A stretch of 64,000 nt of DNA, taken from contig OZ176052.1 of the NCBI GenBank assembly GCA_964247055.1, positions 2,728,001 through 2,792,000 on the forward strand. The letters run 5' to 3'. This document shows, piece by piece, positions 37,841-48,935 of this stretch. Under the pieces are notes generated by a model. That model did not search any database. It saw only the letters and a list, made by a program, of their open reading frames with translations, and was not told the origin of the DNA. A program made the position numbers and the translations under genes. This stretch comes from Paragordius varius. Lineage: Eukaryota > Animalia > Nematomorpha. Position 1 is the first letter of the stretch. Each line of letters opens with the position of its first letter.

Positions 37841-39041
37841 GACTCTAAACTGTATATTTTTTTTTATTTTTTTATGCCTTTAAAATATTTTTAACACTTG
37901 CATGAAACACATTCTTTTCAGTTCTCCCATCTAAATTAGGATTTTTGGGAACCCCAGGCCTTTGAAATTAAATATAATAAAAATATATATTAAAAATTTT
38001 TTGCAAAATCCCATTATATAACATTTAACCGAAATATAATAAAAGGTTAATTTACTCGATATTACTTATTTTATATATAAACATTAAGGTGAAAATTTAG
38101 TCAATATGAGATGCCTACATTAGATAAAAATAATACAATATACCACTTTTTCTGTTTCTATAAAAGTTAGATGTCATTCAAATAAAAAAAGAAATTTTAG
38201 CGTCGGGGTAGTATAAACATATATTTTGCAAAGTAATTGTAAAGTTCCAAGTAGTTAGATGTGGAACCTTTTTAAACTTATTTTATTTTGGCTTATTTAT
38301 ATTTTTGAAATTTAAATAGAAACCGTTTCTTTTAGTATTTTTTAAAAAATATCTAATTAAATGTCTGGGGTCCGTAGATACCATTTAAATCAATATGTTC
38401 GGTGCATAATTTAACATATTTTAAAAAATATTGTTATTTGGCATTTTTGAGTTTATTTTAACTAGCCCATTTAGAAAGAGCAAGGTTTAAGACTTTTGGA
38501 GCTCTCATCTAAAAATAAAAAAAATATTGTTTTTATATGGTATATAATATATTTAAATCACATTTTTCCGAATAAAGCATTTGGCTCAAAAAAATCTTTA
38601 GTATAATGAGTGCAAATTGCGTTCTTACCATAACATAAATATTCTTCTTATATCACCTGTAAAGCTAAAGATGCCTGATTATCTTGCACGACATATATTT
38701 TATCAGAAATATTCTTGTGCGCATTGAGATTTGTATCCAATCAGTTTAAATTTGTATACGCGATAATATAAATGTATTCCAAATAATAAATTATATTTTT
38801 AAAACTAGCAAAATAAGGTAAATATTTAATTTTTTTTTAATTTTTGCTATTTACTGTTTGAAATTTATTTTTCTACATAAAAACTAACCTTGAAAATTAT
38901 AACGGTTTTAATGAATGTTCACATAAAATTATCAAGCAGATATCCCGATATGCTTGCCTTGCTTTAGAAGAATTTTGCATGCTAAAAGTTTTCACCCGGC
39001 TTCTACTTAAACGGCTAAAACTCAACGATAAATTTTCAAAC

Positions 39042-42000
39042 ATGGGTACATTTTTAGATAAACCTGCCACCGAAAAATATAATGAACACGGAGGCGATAT
39101 TGGGCATATTAAATATGGTGTCAGTACTATGCAAGGATGGCGAATAAGAATGGAAGATTCTCATTGTGCTTATATAGGTTTACCAAACGGTCATACAGAT
39201 TGGGCATTTTTTGGGCTATTTGATGGCCACGCAGGTGGATTTGTATCCACATACTTGGCTGAACATCTTTTACCATCTATTATTGAATCCAAAGATTTTA
39301 AAGAAGCTTTAGACAATTACAAAATTGATCCCAAAAATTTTGATTATAGTGTTTTAGAAAAATCGATCAAAGATGCATTCCTTCAAATTGATAACAAATT
39401 AAAAACGTTTCCAAAACTCGACAAGGGTGAAGATAAAAGTGGATCAACTGCTGTTGCCGTTCTCATTTCACCCACGCATTTTATTTTCATCAATTGTGGC
39501 GACTCCCGGGCCGTGTTGTCACGAAACAATACATGTTATTACAGTACGGATGATCATAAACCATCGAAACCGATTGAAAAGGCTCGTATTATTAAGGCTG
39601 GTGGCTCAGTTCTCATTCAACGTGTTAATGGCTCCTTAGCTGTTTCCCGAGCCCTGGGTGATTTTGATTATAAAAATAATGCTGGAAAGCACCCATTTGA
39701 ACAACTAGTCTCCCCTGAACCCGATATACGGATTGAGAGCCGAGACCCAAGTCAAGATCAATTCATAATGTTAGCCTGTGATGGGATTTGGGATGTTATG
39801 TCATCCGAGGATGTGTGCCATTTCGTTAACAATCGACTTGCTGTGATGAAGCCACAAGACAATAATCTCGAAAACGTTTGCAATCAGATTGTGGACACGT
39901 GCCTACAAAAAGTGACTTTTTTAATTATTTGATATGAAATATATTATCAAGTCACACATATAGAATTTTACAGTCAAGATTACTATAATTTGGCTATATT
40001 GTAAAAAAATAGGTTATATATAGAAATTTGTTTAAGAATGGATAAACATTAGGAGTTTAAACACTGATATTTGTTTTTTTCTGAGAAAAACCAAACAATT
40101 AAATCTTGATTATCTTATTAGGTTATAGGATGTAGAGAGAGATGTAAATTGACAAACTCAATTTTATGTTTCGATTGTAATCTTATGGGTTTAAAAATTT
40201 TAATGATCGAAAATATGGTCTTCCTTAATTAAAAAAATGTCGTTTTTACTTTATAATTTTTTTAAAGATTTCTTCAATGTTTATAAAGTTGTTATTTTAC
40301 AACTCAAATATATATGATGGGAATTGGTCTATATTTATATTATTTTTAAATTTTTTAATATCTTAACAATTACAAAATATTTTACCCTTGTTTTTAAGGT
40401 TGGGAAATGGTTATTTTATTTAACTCATTTATTTTTTTGCCACACAAAACATTGGATTATACATTAGCAAATTTTTAATTACATTGTTGTTGATATGTTA
40501 CAGGGAAGTAGGGATAACATGAGCGTGATATTAGTCACATTAGAGGCCGCACCAAAAATCGATGTTAACGCCATAGCTATGGATGAAAAACTAAATGAGA
40601 AAATCCAGGACAAGGTCAAAGGTCAGTCATATTTTTGTTTTATATAACGTATGCTATTATCAAAACTTTTATTAATGTTTTTTACAGTGTAAAGTTTTAA
40701 AACTTTCTTATTGAATTTTGGTTAAAATTTAAACCCTTTTTTGTACGAATGGGGAAAAGGGTGTATTTTAGAATATATTTCACAATTAAAATTTGTTTTT
40801 TCGTAATATAATTTTAGGATTAGAACTGAAAACATTTTTAAAACCGTTTTTCTTTTTTGGTTCCAAAAAACGCTAATAATTACAGTTTCTATCGCACAAT
40901 TATGTTGTAACACTTATTATTTTTTGTTTTTTAGAATATTGTCAAAAATATCCGAACTCAAATTTTAATCTTTTACTCCAAGATCTCGAACATGATCCCC
41001 AGTTGCATTTTCCCCCTGGTGGTGGAGTTGCTTCAAAGTGATTATTTTTTGTTTACAGTAAAAATTAGAATATTAACGGACAAAACGTGAAAACTTAAAG
41101 ACTGATATTTTTTTTAAAAGACAGTCATATTTTTCGAATTTTGATGTTTTTAAATATAACCTATCTTTTGGGTCGATAGTTATAAATTGGTAAAATGATG
41201 TAGTTTTAGAAAATGTCAAGTTTTAATAGGTATGGTTATCTTTAAAAAATATTTATCTTTTAATTTTTAAGTTTTGTCCGTCTATTTTAGTTTTTTACTG
41301 ACTAACGAAAGATATTAGATGGCTTTAAAAATTAATTTGATGTATAATGTTTTCTAAAAACATATTGTACTTACCAACTATAATTTTGTTTATGACATAA
41401 ATGGATTTTATAAGCTTGTATATTTTTAATCTAAAAAATACTTTAATTATAGCTAATTAATATTGAACGCTTTTTCCACATAATTTTTGATTTTTAAGTC
41501 ATGAGATATTTAAAAGTTTTTATATAACTGGTATAAGCATTATATTAATTAGTTTTTATTTGGTTAGTTTATACTATGATCTATCTTTCCTCTTTGCTTC
41601 CACAAAAATCGATTTTTTTTGCAGTTGATCATTTTGGGGTAGTTTTGTGCCCGGATCAAACTTGTAGATAAACTATTGTTATGAAAAGTTGTTCTAGTTA
41701 TAATTTAATTATCCAACATTTTTCTTGATAAAAAAGCTTATATTTTCAGAATTTTTGAATTTCCAGGAAATCGAATAAATAGCTGATATTAATAAAAAAT
41801 ACAAAGTTTGCCAAATTATAATATAATAAGAGCCTTTATTAACTTTTTTAACTATATAATCCATGTATTTGCCTCAATTGATGGCAAGAAAAAAATGACC
41901 AAGAAATTTCACATTTTTTAATTTTTTTGAAACGTTAGCCGAAATGGTTATATATAATAATAAAAATTCACGCTTCGGCATACAAAATTACCCCAAAGGA

Positions 42001-43206
42001 TAATAAGAAAGTGTAGTTTACTATGAGTTGATAAATCAAAAAAAATATATGCCCTTTTTAGATTCCAAGTCATACAAACGGCTTATAATGAATTTTGTCC
42101 AAAACAAAACCTATACCCCAATCCCACCACCACCTCAGTAGTTTCTACCCTTAGTCCAGCATTGACTAATAACTTAAATATTACAAACTCTGATACCCTT
42201 AATGTTTCTAAGGGTTTAGATAAACCAAATAATAATAATAACGTTACAACCAAAAATCCCATTTATGTCATAAAGTTGAATGATGTTGAAGCAACAACCA
42301 AATCATCAGATATAACTTACTCCTCTCCTTCCCCTAAATTTTTACAGGATTCTACCAAATCTTTGGACCAAAATATACCATCCACAGGTATTGAAAGTAA
42401 TGCTGATATTAAAAGCAACGAAAATCTCAATGGGAATAATGCGGTAGTTGCTAATAAAAACACTGTTCATGTCCAACAATGTTTAGGTGACACAAATGTA
42501 AATTTTTCCGTATCTACGCAAAACTCCACGAAATCGAATCAAACAACACCCTCCTCAACCAATATAGAGTGTTGTGATGTAGAAAAGGTGGATATCATAC
42601 CATCCCCACTTCCTCAAAAACCAACACATAATATTGTGATAAAAACTGATATGGAAGTCTTGCAATCTACGATACCAATATTACCTAAAAATGATAATAA
42701 TAATCAAAACCAAAATTATGATAGTCCGAAAAAAGTTATTACAACAAATGTGGAAACTGAAAGCGCGACACCAAATATTTTGGATGATGTCAACCCAATA
42801 CCCAAAAACGCTACGAAAGAAAAGGTAGGTATTATATGGTCAAGTGTTAAAAATTTTATGAAGCTATTGCTCATTATTCAGTAATAATATTTTATAGATC
42901 TAAAGTATATCGACTAAATATAAAAAGGTTCTATTAAATAAAAATTGTTCATTTTATTAGACCCGTAATAAAAATTTTAGGTTATATGTCAAAACAATAT
43001 CTAAATAAAAATTAAAAAGCGTATATTCCATTTAGTAAATGTTTAAAAATTTAATTTGATTAAAAAAAATAATCACACAATATGATTGATTAACAATATA
43101 CAATCTTTTGGATTAGAAATTATTTTTTAATTTTCGGAATTAATATAAGACCATATAATTATTAATTTTGTTTATTTAGTTTGATGATGATGTACCCATG
43201 TTATGA
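39042..43206 (+). CDS. PPM1A: Protein phosphatase 2C of the PPM1A/PPM1B type (5 exons)
   Basis: Exons 39042-39911, 40504-40621, 40935-41037, 42062-42824, 43180-43206. MGTFLDKP N-terminus, SMQGWR-like STMQGWRIRMEDSH, LFDGHAG, NCGDSRA, DHKP, GSLAVSRALGDFDYK, LACDGIWDV, GSRDNMS, PPGGGVASK. Cannot separate 1A from 1B (probably co-ortholog). In-frame upstream ATG at 38979. Last exon tentative. Confidence 0.92.
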
Positions 43207-44480
43207 AAATGAAAAAAAAGAATTATTATGAAATATATACCAACTGATTAAAGAATCCCCATCAAATGCAATTAAATTCTCAATTCTTTAAGTTATATTC
43301 ACTACTACATACATATATTTTTTAATTAATTTTATTGTTGCATTACAAGGTATATTTATATCGATAAATGTGCGCACATGCTTATTCGATTTTTATTATC
43401 AAGCACACATATGAGATATAAATAAGTTTCACACTAAAATATCCATTTTATAATATATTGTTTCTTAAACAAATAAACCCAAAATACAAGTAGTATCCGC
43501 ATATCAAAACAAACATCCAAAGATAAAATATAAAGTCAATCACCTAAAAATATCAAATTGGAAAAATGTGATTTATATTTGTGCATAACATATTTTTATT
43601 TTTATATAGGAAAAACTGATTATTGATGAGTCATCTTACACCATATATGAATAAAGGTTTTTAGACCTCATGTTGTTTTAAAAATTTTATTGTCATGTTT
43701 TTTGTAAAACTTTTTTTCTACCCTTGAAAAATCATATGGAACATAATCACCCGTTTTTTACATGCCTATTATATTATTTTGACAATAAAACTTTTAATAA
43801 TATATATTTTATTTATATACATTATATCAACACATATATATACTGTATTCAATGGAAGAAGATCTTATCAATAAATAATTTCATGTTTTTAATCTTGAAA
43901 AAAATTGATTACTTGTGGATTTAAATTTTTATTTAAACAATTGGGACATAATCTCTAACAATTTAAAAAATTTAAAAAAATTGAATTTATATAGGAGTTA
44001 CAAAAAAATGATGTAATTTTTCCCCAACGATAGATATTTATATCCAATTAGTACTAGTTTAAAATTTTTAGTGATTTATAAAGCTTAAGTTATTTAATAC
44101 GTCAAATTTTCAAGTTTAAGGTGAATATTCATACAATTTGGATTTTTCATGATAAATTTGGACAGTAATTGCTTATTAAACGTGAAGATTTACTCAACAT
44201 AATCTAAATCATAAGGCTACCAAAAAAACTTGTAGTATAATTTATCACAGCTAAATATTAATTTATTATCAAGATTTACATGCGTATGGTTATTGGTTTT
44301 TACATCAAAATAGTGAGTGGTGTTTTTATAAAATTGAATCATGAAACAATAAGTCAAGAAAAATATTGCCATTTCAAAAGGACTACTAACATCCTCATTA
44401 CAATCCGAAATCGAATATATATATATATATATATAATAAGCATAATTGCAATTAGAGATATGAGATCTCTCCTCCCTAAA

Positions 44481-47400
44481 TCAATTCTCCACAAACTGAT
44501 AGTTATCATAAATTCGATCAAACATAGATTTACACGATATTTTAACGCCCAATTTCGAGCACAGCAAAAATGCCCCAGCCATTTTGCGATGTAGGCTAAG
44601 GCTTTCTTCAGGCGGTGGCGTAAGCCTTTCATTGACAAGCGTAGGCATCAAAGTTTGTACTTTCCGTGTAGTTTCTTGGTTGGAAAAATCAAAGGGTTCA
44701 TCAGTTGCAAACGCTTCTCCCATCATAAGGACTGCAGTAGCATGAGAATCTTTCATATTCTAACGAAAAAAAGAGAATTAATTGACAATGTGGTATTTAC
44801 AGCGTTTCTAGAAGTTTTAGGAATCAATATATTATTTTTTTAAATATTTTAGTTTATATTAACTACAGTGCATGTAATTATCATAGATATAGTTTTTTGA
44901 TGTTCAAAATTTGAAAACCAGGGATACGGAGCGCTAAGGAGATCCAATGGTATAAAATTAAGAATACAAACACAATTTCCAACATTCATATTATAATTAT
45001 TGATAAAGATCTATAATACTTTGGTTTCAGTCTAAAATAAATCATGTCCAATCTAAACCATGGTTTTTATGTTGAATTGTATAGACTTCATAAGTTAGCC
45101 CCTATTTGAAATATTTTTATCGATACCGATGTTGTATTTTTTGTGTAAATGAATTTTACCGGAACGGTAAAAATATCAAAGACCCCCAATTTAATAACGC
45201 ATCGACTGCACAGTTTAATTAAGTCACTGTTAACATACCTAACCCTTATAATATCGCTATAACAATATGATTATTATAATAATTATATCATGATCATAAA
45301 GGTTAGGACCCCGAATTCGGAGTTTTCGTACCACGAAGTAATTCATATTCATAATATTTTTATTTCGTGGTAATCTGAGGCAATTTTTTTACGTGACACA
45401 TGCTGTTGTGTACAACTAATGTTTTTACAGATCATTAGAAACTGGCCTTTGCCGTTAGCGCATTTTCATGTCCCAGCCAACACCGTGAGAAAGTGATAAT
45501 AGGACTTTGTTGGCCGATTATTATAATGAACACATAAAATATTACCTGTGTTTCATAACCCGTTAAGAAACCAAGTTCTTGTGAAAGTTGAAGTATTTGG
45601 CCCTTATCTCTCATCGCAGCGGCCTTTATGAGTCGGATGTAGGTGTTAACGAATGATTTGGGAAATTCTCTACAAGCCCCAAAATCTAACAGGGAAATAG
45701 TGTGGGATGTTTCATCGTACAAAAAATTTGACCAGTTGGGATCGGTTTGCATAAAGTGGAAAACGAATAATTCACGTAAACACAAATCCAAAATTTTGCT
45801 ATAAGTAAAACACAAAAAAAACATACATGTATATATGAATTTATGGAGCAAGTATTATGGTTAATTAATATAAAACTCTTCTTAAATCTGTAGAATCTAT
45901 GTTTTAGTTACCGTGTCAGGATATATATCGACATTTAATAGAAATCAATTTTCCTGTAAAATCAAATTTCAAATAGGTAAACGTTAGGACAATCGGATAT
46001 TATGATTCAAAATGTAGGAGTTTAAATTAAAACCTTTAAAATTCATTTTTATCATGTTTTAAGATAAGTAAAAGAATTTAAAGTTTTCATTAACAACAAC
46101 ACTCACATCCCCAAGTAACCAGTATGATTTCTTTTACAAAGGATATCACTTATTTGTTTTCTTAAATTTTTTTTTTAAAACTCTTTAAAGTTAAGGTTCT
46201 TTAAAATAATCATAATACATAAAAACATCATTATTGGAACCGTTTTTATAATCTAATCAATTAAATTCTGTATTTCTTTACGCACTGTGCTATTTCCATA
46301 CCAAATCTTTTATAGCAGTTTATGTATAACACAAATTTACTTGCAAATTTTAATTTTCTTTGTAATTATGTTTGCATTTAAAGAGTAAAACTTTTATAAT
46401 AAGGTTTATATATTAGTTTAAATAAAATAGTATAATCTTATTGGTGCTCTATGATAAAATTGGAACAATATCGAAAAAAACCCCATCCTTACTTTAGATA
46501 AAACAAAAATAATCATTTATACCCTCCTATAAAGTTGCGCGTTTCCTGATTCAAATGTAAAGTTTGATCTAGCGGAATACCAGGCATATATTCACTCGTT
46601 AGGATTCTTTGCGTTGTAAGAGAATGTACAATGTGTGGAATACGAAAAAACGCATCTCCCACAAGCAATTGTGTTCTAAAGCGTTCTGAGGACGCAGCTT
46701 CCCGTATGTAATCAACTTCTAAATGGAGTTCTTTACGGAAAACGCCTAGGGTTTTTGGGCGGGTAAAATTTTAAAAAATCAATTAAATTTATGGAAAAAT
46801 CAAAGATTGGGATCATTTTTGATTACGGTTCGGGTTAAAATTTATATGCAAAGCTAAAATTGTAATAGAAATTGGAGTATTAATGGCATAATTTTTTTAA
46901 AATTTATTAAATATCCTGGCAATAAAGCAGTTTAGATTCCAAGTCTGTTTAAGAAGAATAACCAAAAAAATTTAACCGTTTAGAATACCATTTTCAGTGA
47001 TAAAACACGTCGAAATGATTTTTGATCCCAAATGGTTTCGAAAATAAAATTATAATTTTTCCTGAAAAAAACATATAACACAGATATTAAAAAAGATTCT
47101 CTCAATCTTTATAAATTTTATTAACCAATCAAATTTGGATTCATAAATATAAAAAAAGATCTGTTTTAAGAATAATCTAATACTTATAAGTTAAGAAAAA
47201 ATCGAATCCATCCACTTCATAAAATTTACATTAAAAAATAATATCTTCATATTTTACCCGTATAATTAGATATTAAAATGAGTGAAAAACTTAGCGCACG
47301 AAAAAATTTACAATAAACTCACTCACCTAAAGAATAATCGAGAAATAGACCAGGAGGTAATATTTTAGTGTATTCAAGTAGGCCAAGTAAATTATCTATA

Positions 47401-48819
47401 TCACTATCAATACTTTCAGCAATTCCAGGATACTGTATTTTTACTGCTACCCTTTCAAAATTAAAGGGGGAAGTAGGATTTTGTGTTTTAATGTTGAGTT
47501 TATCAGTATCAGACGAAAAATTTTGTCCATCCTTCAACATTTCATTATGGGACTTGGAATACGATTTGCTTTCATTATTTAATAAATGATGGTTAGGGCT
47601 TAGAAAGGCTTCATGAACTTGACCAATAGATGCGGCAGCAAATGGTTTCATATTAAACTGTGAGAAACTATAATATATATAGATATCTTTCAATTTTTCG
47701 ATATAATATATATTAACCAAAATGAGACATCGCAAACTAATTTCTTAAATTAAAAAAACTTATCAATAACTTAAAATCATTTCAGTCCCAAAAAAGGTAG
47801 CTGTTAAATTAAAAAAATATTAAGAAACACCATAAAAATTTGTCATAAAAGCACACAATATTGAAATATACATTATAATTTTAGATTAAAATCAATATAC
47901 TTATCTCTCCAATGCCGTCCTAACTCATGGTGCAAGACACTTTCAGTTTGGCCCGCTGGCATAAAATCCGCCCCCTGTCTAACCCGTTCAAATATGGCTT
48001 GTAATTTTGGGCTAATAAATGTGTTATCTTGTATGCTTAAAAGCTGCCCAAATTTTAGGGCGGCCCCTCGGACTTTACACAAAGTTTCAACTATCCGTTC
48101 AGCATTTTGTTCATTGAGAAATAAGCTTTCGGGCGTTATTGGCGCAGATAGCCCGTTTGCTAAGGGCCAATTAATTTTATATAAAGTAAATATATATATA
48201 TATATCCATATAAACATTAATTTATCATATGCTTCTTTCTTAAATATTATTTTTGTAATTCTAATTATAATTTTAGTGTCGCGGTCTGTTTTTACGCTTT
48301 TTATAATTTGAAAAAACACAAACGGTTTTATTTCCCATCGTTGGCATCGAGATATTAGTTTGAAAATAATTTTAAAATATGGAATATAAAAAATATTAGA
48401 AAACAATATCTTACTCATTGTTTTCTTAGCTAATTCGCTTACGGCTCCAACACCAAGCCCTGCTGCTAGGGAGCCATAATTAAAAAGACGACTTATTTTA
48501 GACGAGGGTATTTTATTTTCTTTGGCTTTTTTGGACAGCGATTGTTCGAGTTTTGATTTTATAGAATTGACTTTTTTATGGTTAGAAAAATTATTAGATT
48601 GGATAGACGTAATTGTAGTATCAGTATATGCATACCGACTTTGTGCTAAATGAAGATACCGTTTTTGATTGCCATTTATTTTAGATGTTTTTCGCAAGAT
48701 TGAAGAGACACCAGGTACAAGAAATTTCGATTTCTTTAATAATAATGACTAAAATAAAAAAAACATTATACTTGAATATATCCTAAAACATAATAAATTT
48801 TAATATTATTGGAATTCAT
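44481..48819 (-). CDS. COQ8: Atypical kinase COQ8 (ADCK3/ADCK4, UbiB family) (7 exons)
   Basis: Exons 48819-48772, 48748-48415, 48159-47901, 47667-47327, 46745-46523, 45798-45546, 44759-44481; phases consistent. Motifs [22 protein letters not shown] (KxGQ), [61 protein letters not shown]. Confidence 0.94.
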
Positions 48820-48935
48820 AATTTTAACAAAGGACTGACGGAAAAGTTATTGCTAATTAATTAATCCTTTTCTTGTAAAATTGGGAAATAAAAATAAGGC
48901 CATGAGTTTTCAAATTCAGTTTGCTTCATGAATTT
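48820..48935. promoter_or_regulatory. Putative bidirectional promoter, COQ8/CNIH4 (116 bp between ATGs)
   Basis: Inferred from divergent ATGs at 48819 (-) and 48936 (+). Confidence 0.6.
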
